Shown: positions 48,110 through 60,387, counted from the stretch's first letter. The stretch: DNA of 64,000 nt from Bdellovibrionales bacterium (GCA_965217115.1 OZ244239.1:1792001-1856000); one strand, 5' to 3'. Made by a program: numbers and translations. The notes: generated by a model not told the origin, from the sequence alone.

Positions 48110-49912
48110 ATGGAGCCTCGGTATATTCGTAACTTTTCTATTATTGCCCATATTGACCATGGGAAATCCACTTTAGCTGATGGTTTGATGAGCGCGTCGG
48201 GATCGTTGACGGCCCGTGAAGAGAAAGAGCAGTTTTTAGATAATATGGATATTGAACGGGAGCGTGGAATCACAATCAAGGCACAAACTGTGTGCTTAAA
48301 TTACGAGGCTGATGATGGTCACAGCTATTGTTTGAATTTGATAGACACTCCAGGGCATGTGGATTTTAGTTACGAGGTTTCCCGCTCTTTGAATGCTTGT
48401 GAGGGCGCTGTTCTTGTGGTGGATGCGGCTCAAGGTGTGGAGGCGCAGACTTTGGCCAATGTTTACTTGGCCCTTGAGAACGATTTGAAAATTATCCCTG
48501 TTCTCAATAAGATTGATCTTCCAGCGGCCGATCCTGAAGGGGTCAAGCAGCAGATAGAGGATGCGATTGGGCTTGATGCTTCAGATGCCGTGATGGCTAG
48601 TGCAAAGGAGAGAGTGGGAATTCGTGATATTCTGGAACGAGTGGTCAAAGATGTGCCCCCTCCTCAGGGAGATAGGACAGGGAAATTACGTGCATTGATT
48701 TTTGATTCTTGGTTTGATTCCTATCAAGGGGTTGTTATTCTTGTTCGTGTGGTGGACGGGATATTAAGCAAAGGAGACCGTATTCACTTTATGCAAGCTG
48801 GGACTGATTATGAAATTCTAAAGATGGGCGTGTATGCCCCTTTTCCTGATGAAAGAAAAACTTTGTCAGCTGGAGAAGTGGGTTTTGTCGTTTGTGGGAT
48901 CAAGGAAATTCGTGATGTGAATGTGGGAGACACGGTGACTCACTCTCACCCGAAAAAGGCCGATGAGCCTCTGACGGGTTTTCAAAAAATCAAACCCATG
49001 GTTTTCTCAGGTATCTTCCCCATTGAAGCACCTGATTACGAGGATCTCAAAGAGGCTTTAGGAAAATTATCACTCAATGATTCTAGTTTGAGTTTCGAAG
49101 TAGAGAGATCGGCAGCGTTGGGTTTTGGGCTTCGTTGTGGTTTTCTTGGTCTCTTGCATATGGAGATTGTACAAGAGAGGTTGGAGAGGGAATTTGGTTT
49201 AAATCTAATTACAACAGCTCCGACGGTGGTTTATAAAATAATTATGAATGATGGTCAGGAGAAGTTGATAGAGAACCCATCGGAGCTTCCAGATCCGACG
49301 CTGATTGATAAGATGTTTGAACCTTATGTGAAGATGATGATTCACGCTCCTTCGGATTACATTGGCGTTATTTTAAAACTCTGTGAAGAAAAGCGTGGGA
49401 TCCAGTTAAAAATGGAATATGTATCGGATAGTAAGGTGATTATAGAGTATAAATTACCTCTCAATGAGATGGTGATGGATTTCTATGACCGCTTGAAGTC
49501 TATATCTAAAGGGTATGCTTCTTTAGAGTATGAATTAATGGATTATGAAGAGTCTGACTTAGTTAAAATGGATATTTTAATCAATGGTGAACCTGTTGAT
49601 GCGCTATCGATCATTGCCCATCGTTCAAAGGCTCATCCCCGTGGTCGGGCTTTGACAAAGAAGATGAAAGAGTTAATTCCACGACAGCAATATCAAATTG
49701 CTTTGCAAGCGGCCATTGGTGGTAATATTATTTCCAGGGAAACGCTGGGAGCTCTGCGCAAGGATGTCACAGCAAAATGTTATGGGGGAGATATTTCCCG
49801 TAAGAGAAAACTTTTGGAAAAACAAAAAGCAGGAAAAAAGAGAATGAAGCAATTAGGAAAAGTCACAGTGCCACAGGAGGCTTTTTTGGCGGCATTGAGA
49901 ATAGATGAATAA
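48110..49912 (+). CDS. lepA: Elongation factor 4
   Basis: [31 protein letters not shown]. Confidence 0.98.
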   Translation: MEPRYIRNFSIIAHIDHGKSTLADGLMSASGSLTAREEKEQFLDNMDIERERGITIKAQTVCLNYEADDGHSYCLNLIDTPGHVDFSYEVSRSLNACEGAVLVVDAAQGVEAQTLANVYLALENDLKIIPVLNKIDLPAADPEGVKQQIEDAIGLDASDAVMASAKERVGIRDILERVVKDVPPPQGDRTGKLRALIFDSWFDSYQGVVILVRVVDGILSKGDRIHFMQAGTDYEILKMGVYAPFPDERKTLSAGEVGFVVCGIKEIRDVNVGDTVTHSHPKKADEPLTGFQKIKPMVFSGIFPIEAPDYEDLKEALGKLSLNDSSLSFEVERSAALGFGLRCGFLGLLHMEIVQERLEREFGLNLITTAPTVVYKIIMNDGQEKLIENPSELPDPTLIDKMFEPYVKMMIHAPSDYIGVILKLCEEKRGIQLKMEYVSDSKVIIEYKLPLNEMVMDFYDRLKSISKGYASLEYELMDYEESDLVKMDILINGEPVDALSIIAHRSKAHPRGRALTKKMKELIPRQQYQIALQAAIGGNIISRETLGALRKDVTAKCYGGDISRKRKLLEKQKAGKKRMKQLGKVTVPQEAFLAALRIDE

Positions 49913-49944
49913 AAATATTTTAATTTAAATGGAGATGTTAAACA

Positions 49945-50721
49945 ATGAAAGATTTCTTAGGTATTAAAAGTTTATTAAAATTTAATGTTAAAGAAAAAGA
50001 GTTTTGGACAGATGGAAATGGGTCATTATTTTTAGCTGTGTTAGCAGCTTTATTTATTCGTTGGGCTTTTTTGGAAGCCTATGTGATCCCATCGGGGAGT
50101 ATGTTGCCATCGTTGTTAATCAACGATCATATTTTTGTGAATAAGGTCGTCTATGGTGTTCGAGTGCCTTTTAGTGAAAAGTGGTTGGTGAAATTCTCAG
50201 AGCCACAGAGAGGGGAGGTCATTGTGTTTAAGTACCCTCGGGATAAAAGCACGTTTTTTATTAAGCGTGTAGTGGGTCTTCCCGGGGACAAGATATTTTA
50301 CAACAAAGGTTCGATTTATGTGAACGGTCAAGAGGTGGAGAAATTTGAGCCTAAAACGGAGATGGATTTCTCTTGGTTAACAGAAAAAGATTTTTCTCGT
50401 TCAGGCTATTTTGACAGTAAGGGTAATTATACTTATTATCGAGAGAAGTTAGGAGACCATGAACATAGTGTCCTATTGCGTAAAGGAGATATTTACGACA
50501 AGTTTGGTCCAATCACAGTCCCAGAGGGAAATTTATTTGTGATGGGTGATAATCGTAATAACTCTAGTGACAGTCGAGTTTGGGGTTTTGTGCCTGATGA
50601 AAATATTTTGGGTCGTGCGATGTTTGTGTGGTTGAGTTGTAACGAAACTCTTCCAGTTGTTAATTTCCTCTGTAATCCGGCAACGACTCGTTGGAAAAGG
50701 TTCTTTCATTGGATTAATTAA
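49945..50721 (+). CDS. lepB: Signal peptidase I
   Basis: IPSGSM, FIKRVVG, GDNRNNSSDSR. Confidence 0.95.
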   Translation: MKDFLGIKSLLKFNVKEKEFWTDGNGSLFLAVLAALFIRWAFLEAYVIPSGSMLPSLLINDHIFVNKVVYGVRVPFSEKWLVKFSEPQRGEVIVFKYPRDKSTFFIKRVVGLPGDKIFYNKGSIYVNGQEVEKFEPKTEMDFSWLTEKDFSRSGYFDSKGNYTYYREKLGDHEHSVLLRKGDIYDKFGPITVPEGNLFVMGDNRNNSSDSRVWGFVPDENILGRAMFVWLSCNETLPVVNFLCNPATTRWKRFFHWIN

Positions 50722-51461
50722 TGGGTAAAGATAAGAGAGGGACGTGGTGGCAGGCTTTTGGTGCTATTGCTCTGCCCTTATGTATTGTTCTGTCAGTGCG
50801 TTGGTGTTTGTTTGAGCCCTATGTAATTCCTTCGGAAAGCATGGTTCCAACGTTACTGAAAAATGATTTCATACTGGTAAACAAATGGATTTATGGTTTG
50901 AGATGGCCATTTACTCAGAAGTGGGTCTTTAATTGGCAGGCACCACAAGCCGGTGAAGTCGTGGTGTTTCGCTACCCTAAAGATCCAGACATTTTCTTTA
51001 TCAAGCGCGTGGTTGGAGTGCCTGGAGACAAGATATCTTATGAGAGAGATTCAATTTATGTAAATGATCAAGAGGTGGGAAAATTTAAGCCTGAGATGAA
51101 GATGAACTTTCCTTGGTTGCAGAAGAGTGAACCGTCCAATTTGAAACTTTTTGCGAATAGAAATAACTACATTCATTATCGAGAAAAATTACTAAATCGT
51201 GAGTATAGTGTGTTGGTTCGTAAAGGTGAGAGTCTTGATAAATTTGGGCCTGTCACAGTTCCAGAGGGAAATTTATTTGTGATGGGTGATAATCGTAATA
51301 ATTCGAGTGATAGTCGAGTTTGGGGCTTTGTTCCTATAAAGGCTTTGATTGGCCGTGCTGGGTTCATATGGTTGAGTTGTGGGGAGATTTTGCAGGGAAG
51401 TTCTCTCCTCTGTAATTGGAATACAATAAGGGGAAAACGTCTTTTTAAGAGGATTTTATAG
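50721..51461 (+). CDS. lepB: Signal peptidase I, second tandem paralog
   Basis: IPSESM, FIKRVVG, GDNRNNSSDSR. Confidence 0.93.
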   Translation: MGKDKRGTWWQAFGAIALPLCIVLSVRWCLFEPYVIPSESMVPTLLKNDFILVNKWIYGLRWPFTQKWVFNWQAPQAGEVVVFRYPKDPDIFFIKRVVGVPGDKISYERDSIYVNDQEVGKFKPEMKMNFPWLQKSEPSNLKLFANRNNYIHYREKLLNREYSVLVRKGESLDKFGPVTVPEGNLFVMGDNRNNSSDSRVWGFVPIKALIGRAGFIWLSCGEILQGSSLLCNWNTIRGKRLFKRIL

Positions 51462-51491
51462 GTTGCCTGAAGTGTGTCTTTCGATTAGGTT

Positions 51492-52418
51492 ATGTATTTA
51501 ATGTCCCATGAAAGCTCTGTTGTTTATTTTGAGGATTTGAAGAAGCTGGAGATTAGATCTCTGTTTCATCAAGCCTCCGAAATGCGTCGTCAGGATGAAG
51601 CTGGAAATAATATTACAGAGAACAGAAAAAAAGCATCCATTGCTTTAGTGTTTTTAGAAGCGAGCACAAGGACACAATGTAGTTTTGTGCAAGCAGCCCA
51701 TAAATTAGATTTTAAAACTGTTGTTTTGCAAGGAGATGCAAATTCTAGTTTGAGTAAGGGTGAGACTTTGGAAGACACAGTCTTGCAGCTGGCTTCAATG
51801 GCTGTAGATGGTTTGATCGTGAGAGCCCCTGGTGATTTTAAAATTGATGAAGTTTTGAGAAAAGTTTCCTGCCCTGTGATAAACGCAGGTTGGGGAAGTC
51901 ACAATCATCCGACCCAAGGGCTTTTGGATGCATTTACTATTTTTGATGAATTAGGTGAAATAAAGGGAAAGAAAATTCTTATTGTGGGAGATCTGAAACA
52001 CAGTCGTTGTGCTGTTTCACAGATGGAGATATTTCAACATTTAGGTGCTGACGTAGGTATCTCTTGCCCAGAAGAATTTTGTCCTGATGAAGAAAAAGTG
52101 TCCCACATTCAGCGACAGAGATTTTCAAACATGACTGAGGGGCTTGAGTGGGCAGATGTGGTGATCGCATTGCGTGTTCAGAGGGAGAGGCATGGCGGTG
52201 TTGATTGGAATTTGGAATCTTATCGTCAAAAATTTCAAATCTCTAAGGCGATGCTAAAAAATTTCAAACAAGAAGGTTTGATTATGGCTCCTGGGCCTGT
52301 GAATTGGGGAGTGGAGTTAAATTCAGATGTGCAAGAGGATGGGCGGAACCGTATTTTACGTCAGGTGTACAATGGTGTTTTTGTGAGAGCGGCACTTTTA
52401 GAAAGGTTGATAGGATGA
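51492..52418 (+). CDS. pyrB: Aspartate carbamoyltransferase catalytic subunit
   Basis: EASTRT, KGETLEDT, HPTQGLLD, RVQRER. Confidence 0.92.
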   Translation: MYLMSHESSVVYFEDLKKLEIRSLFHQASEMRRQDEAGNNITENRKKASIALVFLEASTRTQCSFVQAAHKLDFKTVVLQGDANSSLSKGETLEDTVLQLASMAVDGLIVRAPGDFKIDEVLRKVSCPVINAGWGSHNHPTQGLLDAFTIFDELGEIKGKKILIVGDLKHSRCAVSQMEIFQHLGADVGISCPEEFCPDEEKVSHIQRQRFSNMTEGLEWADVVIALRVQRERHGGVDWNLESYRQKFQISKAMLKNFKQEGLIMAPGPVNWGVELNSDVQEDGRNRILRQVYNGVFVRAALLERLIG

Positions 52419-53485
52419 AGGGATTCTTAGTTTTAGAAACGGGTGAAGCTTATCAGGGGGATTGGAAATCTGGTCGAGATCGAGCCGGAGAGGTTGTCTT
52501 TAATACATCCCACTGCGGTTATGAGGAGATGGCGACAGATCCATCCTATTTTTCGCAAATATTATTAACAACGGCTCCGATGCAGGGGAATTACGGCGTG
52601 AATAAGGATTTTTGGGAATCTCGTCAGTTGTGGATCGAGGGATTTATTTGTACGGAGGTACAAAACACGAAAGGAAATTCGAGTTGGCTTAAGCGGTTAG
52701 ATGATTTTGGAGTGGGGTGTTTGGATAATTTGGATACTCGCTCGGTGGTCTTGCATTTACGAGAGAGGGGAGCTGCTTGGGGAGCCCTGGTGAAAGAAAG
52801 TAACGAGCAAGAGGCTAAGAAAAAAGCTTTTGCTCTTATTACGGAAAAGAAAAAGGAAGAAAAAGATTGGGTACATAGGGTTTCTATTCAGGAGAGAACC
52901 ACCGTTGCTGGAGATTGCTCTAACGGACCTAAAGTCGCAGTGATGGATTTTGGGTGTAAGGAGAATATATTAAGAAATCTTAAAAAATTCAGTTCAGAGA
53001 TAGCGATTTTTCCTAGTCGCTCGTCGTCTCAGGAGATATTGGATTGGTGTCCAGATGGAATAATGCTTTCTAATGGGCCTGGTGATCCTTCGGAAGTTCA
53101 GGAGGCTGTGGAGACGGTTAAAAATTTGCTAGGTAAGAAATTTATCTTTGGTATCTGTATGGGACATCAAATATTGTCTTTAGCTTTGGGCGCGAAGACG
53201 TTTAAGTTAAAATTTGGTCATCGTGGAGGCAATCATCCTGTGAGAGATAAAGTTCTCCATTTGATTTACATGACCAGTCAAAATCATGGTTATGCGGTGG
53301 AGATGAAATCACTCCCAGAGAGTGTGGAAGTGACCCATGTGAATTTAAATGATGAAACGGTATCGGGAATTCGTTGTCTGGATAAAAAATGTATGGGAGT
53401 GCAGTTTCATCCAGAGAGCCATCCGGGACCAAGGGATGCAGAGGGTTTGTTTGAGTATTTTATTGATCAGTTGCCGAAGCACTGA
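52415..53485 (+). CDS. carA: Carbamoyl-phosphate synthase small chain
   Basis: GEVVFNT, SNGPGDP, GICMGHQ, QFHPE; ATGA overlap with pyrB. Confidence 0.95.
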   Translation: MKGFLVLETGEAYQGDWKSGRDRAGEVVFNTSHCGYEEMATDPSYFSQILLTTAPMQGNYGVNKDFWESRQLWIEGFICTEVQNTKGNSSWLKRLDDFGVGCLDNLDTRSVVLHLRERGAAWGALVKESNEQEAKKKAFALITEKKKEEKDWVHRVSIQERTTVAGDCSNGPKVAVMDFGCKENILRNLKKFSSEIAIFPSRSSSQEILDWCPDGIMLSNGPGDPSEVQEAVETVKNLLGKKFIFGICMGHQILSLALGAKTFKLKFGHRGGNHPVRDKVLHLIYMTSQNHGYAVEMKSLPESVEVTHVNLNDETVSGIRCLDKKCMGVQFHPESHPGPRDAEGLFEYFIDQLPKH

Positions 53486-53495
53486 GAGGTTGTAA

Positions 53496-56400
53496 ATGCC
53501 ATTAAAGCAGAAATTAAAAAAAGTAGTGATTTTAGGAAGTGGCCCTATCGTTATTGGACAGGCCTGTGAGTTTGATTACTCAGGAACACAGGCTTGCAAG
53601 GCTTTAAGAAAAGAGGGCCTCAAAGTTATTCTGATCAATTCTAATCCAGCGACCATACAAACAGATCAGGATGTGGCAGATAAGGTTTACATAGAGCCCT
53701 TAAAGACTGAATTTGTGACTAAAATTCTAGAGAAAGAAAAACCCGATGGTATAATTCCGACTCTTGGTGGTCAAACAGCCCTTAACTTGGCTTTGGAATT
53801 AGATAGCTCGGGAGTTCTTGAGCGCTTGGGAGTTGAACTCTTGGGGACGAGACCAGATGTGATTCGTCGAGCCGAGGATAGGGAGGAGTTCTGTCGAGTT
53901 TTAGACAGCGTGGGCGCGCAGTACCCTAAGAATTTCATGGTGAAAACGATTAAGGATGGAAGAAGTGTGGCGAAGAAATTGGGTTTTCCCGTTGTGCTGC
54001 GGCCAAATTATACGTTGGGGGGAGGTGGCGGAGGGATCGCCTATTTCCAAGAAGAGTTTGAGATGATGATTGCCAAGGGGTTGCATGAGAGTCCGACCTC
54101 GGAGGTTTTGGTTGAAGAGAGTATTTTGGGCTGGAAAGAGTTTGAGTTGGAAGTGATGCGCGATTGCAAAGGGACTTTTGTGGTGGTTTGTGGCATTGAA
54201 AATTTTGATCCCTGTGGTGTTCACACGGGAGACAGTATTACGGTGGCTCCGATACAGACTCTCACGGAGCCTGAGTATCAGGAGATGCGTGCGGAAGGTT
54301 ATAGAATTATTAACGAAGTGGGTGTTGAGACGGGCGGAGCAAATATTCAGTTTGCCGTGTGTCCACAAACAGGAAAACGGGTTGTTATCGAGATGAATCC
54401 ACGGGTGAGTCGTTCGTCGGCTCTGGCGAGCAAGGCGACGGGTTTTCCCATTGCTAAGATAGCGGCGTTATTGTCAGTGGGTTATCAATTAGATGAGATC
54501 ACCAATGATATTACGAAGACGACATTGTCTTGTTATGAACCAGCGTTAGATTATGTGGTGACAAAGGTTCCACGGTTTTCATTTAAAAAATTCCCTGGGG
54601 CGAAAGATATTTTGACGACACAGATGAAAAGTGTGGGTGAGGTGATGGGAATAGGTCGGACTTTTAAAGAGTCGTTGATGAAGGCCCTCGTCTCTTTGGA
54701 AAAGAGTGACGAAGGAGCACCTGAGATTAATTACTTGGAAGAGAAGGTGGCTTATCCCAATAGTGAGAGGGTTTTCCACTTGTTTCAGGGATTGCGCAAC
54801 GGATTGTCTGTAGAGGTCTTGACTAAATTGACGGGTATCACGCCTTGGTTTTTGGAGCAGATGGAGCAGATAGTTCAAGAGGAGAGTGTCTTATCTGAAT
54901 TACCCCAGCTTGATGGGGGGAGTTTATTGCGAGCTAAAAAAGTGGGCTTAACAGACGCTTGCATTGCAAGATTGCGTGGGGTGGAGACGGCCGTGATACG
55001 TGATCATCGTTGGCGAGAGGGAGTGATCCCATCTTATGAGCAAGTAGACACTTGCGCGGGTGAGTTTGTTTCGCAAACGCCTTATTACTATTCGACTTAT
55101 TGGAGTGAGCGAAAAAATAAAAGTCATAGCCAGGGTGGTGAGACAGTTGTTGTTTTGGGCAGTGGCCCCAATCGCATTGGTCAGGGTATTGAGTTTGATT
55201 ATTGTTGTGTACGTGGAGTCAAAAAATTTCAGACAGAAGGTTACAGGGTTGCAATGATTAATTCTAATCCTGAAACGGTGTCGACAGATTACGATACGTC
55301 TAATTTTTTATTTTTTGAACCGTTGAGCTTAGAGTATGTGACAGAGGTTTTACGCTATTTAGAGTTTTCGGATTTTGGTTTTAAGGGTTTTGTATCGCAG
55401 CTGGGTGGGCAGACGCCGCTTAACTTATCCCATGATTTAGTGGCCCAGGGGTTTTCTCTTTTGGGGTCGTCTTTACAGTCCATTGATCTGGCGGAGGATC
55501 GTGGTCAGTTCACTCATATTTGTGAGGAGTTAGGTGTTCAGTTTCCCGCGGCAGGTATGGCGGGGAGTGTGGATCAAGCCAGAGATCTCTTTGCGGGTAT
55601 TGGTTTTCCAATTATATGTCGTCCCAGTTATGTTTTGGGAGGCAGGCGTATGGAGGTTGTGGAGAACGAAACCGAACTGATTTCTTATTTTGATCGACAC
55701 AGAGCTTTTATTTCTCAAGAGACTCCTTGTTTAATGGATCATTTTTTGAGTGGAGCTTTAGAGGTGGATGTTGATTTGGTTCGAGGTAAAGACTGGAATG
55801 TGATTGGAGGAATTGTCGAGCACATAGAAGCTGCGGGAGTTCACAGTGGTGATAGTATGGGAGTGTTGCCTCCCCAGAGATTAAAGCCAGAGACTTGTCG
55901 TCGTATTGAAAAAATGGCAACCCAGTTGGCAGATCGCATGGATGTGTTAGGGCACCTGAATTTACAATTGGCGATTAAGGATGATGAAATATTTATGATT
56001 GAGGCCAACCCCCGTTGTTCGAGATCGGTTCCTTTTGTCTCTAAGGCAACGTCCATTCCTCTTGTGGATTTGGGAGTGGAGGCTGTTTTGGGCGTGAAAA
56101 AAGCCAAGGCGTCTCTGCCTTTACGGCCTTGGCAAGAGGTGGATTTGGTGAGTGTTAAGGGTGTTGTTTTTCCTTTTAAAAAATTTCGTGAGGCAGACTC
56201 TATTTTGGGTCCAGAGATGAAGTCGACAGGGGAGTCTATGGGTCGTGGTGAGGAATATGCCGAGGCTCTTTTGAAGGCTTGTATTTCCAGTGGTTCAACC
56301 CTGCCTTTGGAGGGAGAGATTTTTCTCTCTCTGCGCGAGAAAGATAAGGAACCATTGCTGCCTTTGGTGAAAAAATTAAAAAAGATGGGTTACTCTTTTT

Positions 56401-56699
56401 CGGCAACGACAGGGACAGCGCTTTTTTTAAATGGCCATGGAATTGAGTGTGAGGCTTTGAATAAGGTTCATGAAGGGAGACCCCATTGCGTGGATCGTAT
56501 TCGCTCTCAACAGGTGGCTTTTGTTGTGAACACGACTTCAGGTAGATTATCTATTGAGGCGAGTTTTGGTATTCGTCGTAGCTGTATTGACTATCAAGTG
56601 CCTTGTTTGACGGAGAGTCAAGCGGCAGAGGCTTTTGTGTTGGCACTAGAGAAACACAGACAGGGGCAATTTATGGTTAATCCATTGAGCCAATTTTAG
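53496..56699 (+). CDS. carB: Carbamoyl-phosphate synthase large chain
   Basis: [27 protein letters not shown], second ATP-grasp, MGS domain. Confidence 0.97.
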   Translation: MPLKQKLKKVVILGSGPIVIGQACEFDYSGTQACKALRKEGLKVILINSNPATIQTDQDVADKVYIEPLKTEFVTKILEKEKPDGIIPTLGGQTALNLALELDSSGVLERLGVELLGTRPDVIRRAEDREEFCRVLDSVGAQYPKNFMVKTIKDGRSVAKKLGFPVVLRPNYTLGGGGGGIAYFQEEFEMMIAKGLHESPTSEVLVEESILGWKEFELEVMRDCKGTFVVVCGIENFDPCGVHTGDSITVAPIQTLTEPEYQEMRAEGYRIINEVGVETGGANIQFAVCPQTGKRVVIEMNPRVSRSSALASKATGFPIAKIAALLSVGYQLDEITNDITKTTLSCYEPALDYVVTKVPRFSFKKFPGAKDILTTQMKSVGEVMGIGRTFKESLMKALVSLEKSDEGAPEINYLEEKVAYPNSERVFHLFQGLRNGLSVEVLTKLTGITPWFLEQMEQIVQEESVLSELPQLDGGSLLRAKKVGLTDACIARLRGVETAVIRDHRWREGVIPSYEQVDTCAGEFVSQTPYYYSTYWSERKNKSHSQGGETVVVLGSGPNRIGQGIEFDYCCVRGVKKFQTEGYRVAMINSNPETVSTDYDTSNFLFFEPLSLEYVTEVLRYLEFSDFGFKGFVSQLGGQTPLNLSHDLVAQGFSLLGSSLQSIDLAEDRGQFTHICEELGVQFPAAGMAGSVDQARDLFAGIGFPIICRPSYVLGGRRMEVVENETELISYFDRHRAFISQETPCLMDHFLSGALEVDVDLVRGKDWNVIGGIVEHIEAAGVHSGDSMGVLPPQRLKPETCRRIEKMATQLADRMDVLGHLNLQLAIKDDEIFMIEANPRCSRSVPFVSKATSIPLVDLGVEAVLGVKKAKASLPLRPWQEVDLVSVKGVVFPFKKFREADSILGPEMKSTGESMGRGEEYAEALLKACISSGSTLPLEGEIFLSLREKDKEPLLPLVKKLKKMGYSFSATTGTALFLNGHGIECEALNKVHEGRPHCVDRIRSQQVAFVVNTTSGRLSIEASFGIRRSCIDYQVPCLTESQAAEAFVLALEKHRQGQFMVNPLSQF

Positions 56700-56802
56700 T
56701 TTGAGCTAATAATACCCATGAAAACACTTGATTAAGACATGGTGTTTTGACAATTTGACAGTTTGAGAGTTAAGTGAGCATTGCCTTTAGGAGAGGAAAG
56801 AG

Positions 56803-58575
56803 ATGAAGTGGTCTAAGACACACTTATTTACTTTAAAAGAAGCACCTGCGGATGCGGAAATAGAGAGTCATGTTTTAATGATTCGTTCGGGGTTGATAAA
56901 AAAACACGCACCGGGAATTTATACTTATGGTGTGTTGGCATTGCGTTCCATTCGTAAGTTTGAGGCTATTATTCGTGAAGAGTTGAACGCAAAAAATTGT
57001 CAGGAGGTTTTGATGCCCATGGTGCAACCTGCAGGCTTGTGGCAAGAGTCAGAGCGTTGGGATCAAATGGGCGATATCATGTTGCGATTTAAGAATCGTG
57101 GAGATCAGGATTTTTGTTTGGGAGCGACCCATGAGGAAGTGGTAACAGATTACATCCGCCATGAAATTAAGAGTTATCGAAATTTACCGGTAAATATTTA
57201 TCAAATCCAAACAAAGTATAGAGATGAAATTCGTCCACGCTTTGGTTTGATGCGTGGAAGAGAGTTCATTATGAAGGATGCCTATTCTTTTGATCGAGAT
57301 CAAGAGGGAGCTTTGTCATCCTATGAGGATATGTATGTGGCTTATAAGGCTATTTTTGAAAGATTGGGCTTGGAATTTCGTATTGTTAAGGCGGATACAG
57401 GCGCGATGGGGGGAGATCAATCCCATGAGTTTCAAGTCTTGGCGGAGGCGGGTGAAGATCACTTGATGGTGAGTGATGGAGATGATGGCTTTGCGGCTAA
57501 CATCGAAGTCGCTGAGGCCATTGATTCGCAGCCGTTTGCTTACAATGGTGGTGGTGATGGAGCTGATGAATTGCCTTTGCAAGAGTTTGCCACACCTAAA
57601 CTGCGCACAATCTCTGACCTTGCAAAGTCTTTGTCTGTTGAAGAGAGGTGCCTGGTGAAGACGATGTTCTTTGATGGAAACTCTGGAGAGAATGAGAAGG
57701 ATAGGAGAGTAAAACCTGTGGTCGTCTTGTTGCGGGGAGATGACGAGGTGAACCCCCATAAACTAAAAACTCTCTTAAAACTATCGAACCTTCCGTTGAT
57801 GTTAAATGATAAAGAGGTTTTGAAGTTAACGAGCGCGAGCCCTGGAAGCTGTGGCCCTGTAGGCCTGTTGAAAGTTCCAATTTATATGGACAGAGGGATG
57901 GAGTCCTATAAAAATTATGTGGTTGGTGCGAATAAGGATGATGCCCATTTAAAGAATGTGAATCATGGCCGTGATTTTCAAGTGACGAAAGTGGCGGATT
58001 TGAGAATGGCGCGAGAGGGAGATTTGAGTCCAGACGGTAAGGGACAGTTAAAATCAATCCGAGGTATTGAAGTGGGCCATATTTTTTATTTGGGCAATAA
58101 GTACTCCCAGTCTATGGGAGCGAATTATCTTGATAAGAATGGTAAGCCCCAGTTAGTGGAGATGGGTTGCTATGGAATTGGGGTCACGCGGACGGTTCAG
58201 GCTGCGATTGAGCAGAGTCATGACAAGGATGGGATTGTTTGGCCAGTGTCTATTGCCCCATTTCATTTGCATATGTGTGTGTTGGACCCAGATGATCCTG
58301 ATGTGAGTGGTGTGGCTGAAAGATTTTATCAAGAGTTAAGTCAAAAAGGAGTGGAGGTTTTTATGGATGATCGTAAAGAGCGACCAGGGGTTAAATTTAA
58401 AGATGCTGATTTGTTAGGGTTTCCGTTGCGAGCCGTAATAGGTAAGAGGGGTTTGCAGGGAGATCAAATTGAATTGGTCGAGCGAGCTTCAAAAAATAAA
58501 ACTCTGTTGAATGTAGAGAACTTCGTCAATGGAGTGTCTTCTTGGTTAGAGAGTCGAGGTGGATTATGTCGATAA
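56803..58575 (+). CDS. proS: Proline--tRNA ligase (with editing insertion)
   Basis: RDEIRPRFGLMRGREF, GIEVGHIF, MGCYGIG. Confidence 0.97.
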   Translation: MKWSKTHLFTLKEAPADAEIESHVLMIRSGLIKKHAPGIYTYGVLALRSIRKFEAIIREELNAKNCQEVLMPMVQPAGLWQESERWDQMGDIMLRFKNRGDQDFCLGATHEEVVTDYIRHEIKSYRNLPVNIYQIQTKYRDEIRPRFGLMRGREFIMKDAYSFDRDQEGALSSYEDMYVAYKAIFERLGLEFRIVKADTGAMGGDQSHEFQVLAEAGEDHLMVSDGDDGFAANIEVAEAIDSQPFAYNGGGDGADELPLQEFATPKLRTISDLAKSLSVEERCLVKTMFFDGNSGENEKDRRVKPVVVLLRGDDEVNPHKLKTLLKLSNLPLMLNDKEVLKLTSASPGSCGPVGLLKVPIYMDRGMESYKNYVVGANKDDAHLKNVNHGRDFQVTKVADLRMAREGDLSPDGKGQLKSIRGIEVGHIFYLGNKYSQSMGANYLDKNGKPQLVEMGCYGIGVTRTVQAAIEQSHDKDGIVWPVSIAPFHLHMCVLDPDDPDVSGVAERFYQELSQKGVEVFMDDRKERPGVKFKDADLLGFPLRAVIGKRGLQGDQIELVERASKNKTLLNVENFVNGVSSWLESRGGLCR

Positions 58576-59288
58576 GAGATATTTCTCCCCTTAAGAATCC
58601 TTTAATTACCGCTCTGGATGTGGACAGTCGTGATGAGTGTTTGCGCATTGCTGGGTTAGTAGAGAAATTTGTCGGAGGTTTTAAGTTAGGCCCGAGATTG
58701 GTGGTTCGTTATGGGGCTGATATTATTAAAGAGGTGTCCTCTATAGCCCCGGTGTTTGTGGATCTGAAATTTTTGGATATTCCTAACACGATGGAAACTT
58801 CGGTGAGAGCGTCTTTTGAAGCTGGAGCGAGTTTGGTGACAGTCCATGCATGGGCGGGGATGGATGCCTTAAAGAGGTTGTCAGAAGTTGAGAGAGAGTT
58901 GAATGGGCAGAGGCCGTTTAGGATTTTGGTGGTGACCGTTTTGACGAGTTTCAATAAAGAGAACATGCCTCCGTCTATCTCTTCAAATGTGTCGTTGTTG
59001 GAGCAGGTGGTGAATTTGGCCGATTTTTCCTATGACTGTGGTTTAAAGGGAGTGGTGTGCTCAGCTTTGGAGTCGAGTTTGGTGAGACAGAGACATAATG
59101 ATGGTTTTATCGTGACCCCAGGAATTCGTTTTCCCAGTGAGGCTGTGGGAGATCAAAAACGTGTGGTGGACCCTTGTAAGGCGATTGAAAATGGAGCTTC
59201 GGCGATTGTGGTGGGGCGACCTATTGTGGAGGCGGCCGATCCTGCAGAGCAGGCGGAGCGTTTTTATAATGCGGTGATGGGAAAATGA
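58566..59288 (+). CDS. pyrF: Orotidine-5'-phosphate decarboxylase
   Basis: DLKFLDIPNT, VTPGIR, VVGRPI. Confidence 0.95.
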   Translation: MSIRDISPLKNPLITALDVDSRDECLRIAGLVEKFVGGFKLGPRLVVRYGADIIKEVSSIAPVFVDLKFLDIPNTMETSVRASFEAGASLVTVHAWAGMDALKRLSEVERELNGQRPFRILVVTVLTSFNKENMPPSISSNVSLLEQVVNLADFSYDCGLKGVVCSALESSLVRQRHNDGFIVTPGIRFPSEAVGDQKRVVDPCKAIENGASAIVVGRPIVEAADPAEQAERFYNAVMGK

Positions 59289-60079
59289 AAAAAAAAAGGC
59301 AAAGAGCTGAGGCGGGTTTTTCAGGAACGGCCCAGGCTGTTTTGGGGCTAGCAAAACGTCGCGGACTTCGCGTTGTGGTGGGAGTTCATGCTTGTCGAGA
59401 AGTTCTGAAGATGGGTTCAGGTGACGTTGCTGAAGCCTGGGTAAAGAAGGGTTGGGAACATTCGGATGTCTTAACTCACTTTTATGAAGATATGCGTCGT
59501 TTAAATATAGGAGTGGTTGAAAAGCTTGGAGGTTTTTTAGATAAGGCTGGTTTGGGTCATCAGGGCATTGCTCTACTTGTGAATGGAGCACCAGAGATTG
59601 ATTGGAGTCTTATTGGTCAGGAGGAATCAGAGGTTTTTTTGGGACTTGATGGTATTGAGGACCCCCATAATTTGGGGGCTATCTTACGCACGGCCTGGCT
59701 TTTGGGTGTCAAAGGAGCGGTGGTTCCGTCTGAAAGGAGTGTGGGATTGACGTCAACGGTTCACAAGGTGGCTTGCGGTGGAGTGGAGCATGTGCCAGTG
59801 GATAAGTGCACGAGGTTTTCCGTTCCTTTTGAAGAGTTTAAGGAGAAGGGCTTTTGGATTTACGGTCTGTCTGCCAACGGCGGAAGATCTATTTGGGAGA
59901 CGAAATTTTCAAGGAAAACAGTGCTAGTGGTTGGTTCAGAAGATAAGGGGTTGAGAATCACGACGGAAAATCAGTGTGATGAGCTGGTTCATATTCCCCA
60001 GGCCTGTGCTGAAGGAAGTTACAATGCTTCGGTGGCGACGGCTTTGGCGTTGGCAGAAGTTGTTCGCCAGCAGAGTTAG
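59285..60079 (+). CDS. rlmB: TrmH/SpoU-family RNA methyltransferase (RlmB-like)
   Basis: DPHNLGAILR, GSEDKGL, SYNASVA. Confidence 0.85.
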   Translation: MKKKRQRAEAGFSGTAQAVLGLAKRRGLRVVVGVHACREVLKMGSGDVAEAWVKKGWEHSDVLTHFYEDMRRLNIGVVEKLGGFLDKAGLGHQGIALLVNGAPEIDWSLIGQEESEVFLGLDGIEDPHNLGAILRTAWLLGVKGAVVPSERSVGLTSTVHKVACGGVEHVPVDKCTRFSVPFEEFKEKGFWIYGLSANGGRSIWETKFSRKTVLVVGSEDKGLRITTENQCDELVHIPQACAEGSYNASVATALALAEVVRQQS

Positions 60080-60234
60080 GGTTTGGATAGAAAACGGTCT
60101 ATTTTATTCAAATCCAAGTAAAAACCTTTGACTGAAATCCCTTAATTCAGTTACAAGATTTGGACGCATTATTTTGTTTGAGAAATGTTAAGGGCCTTTT
60201 AGAAGGTTTTTTTCTTCTCTTTGGGGTGATGTGG

Positions 60235-60310
60235 GCTGGTTTAGCTCAGTTGGTAGAGCAGCTGATTTGTAATCAGCAGGTCATCAGTTCGACTCTGGTA
60301 ACCAGCTCCA
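60235..60310 (+). tRNA. tRNA-Thr(TGT)
   Basis: Cloverleaf, anticodon loop TTTGTAA, CCA end. Confidence 0.97.
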
Positions 60311-60387
60311 ATTTTTTGCTCTTTGATATTTGATTGTTTTTTTAGGTTCATCTTTTGTTGGTTCTTGTTTGGCAAAAGATCCCCTGT

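Noticed and set aside
52415..52418. Missing pyrC between pyrB and carA
   Set aside because: The genes overlap cleanly and pyrC is often located elsewhere; cannot be judged from one window
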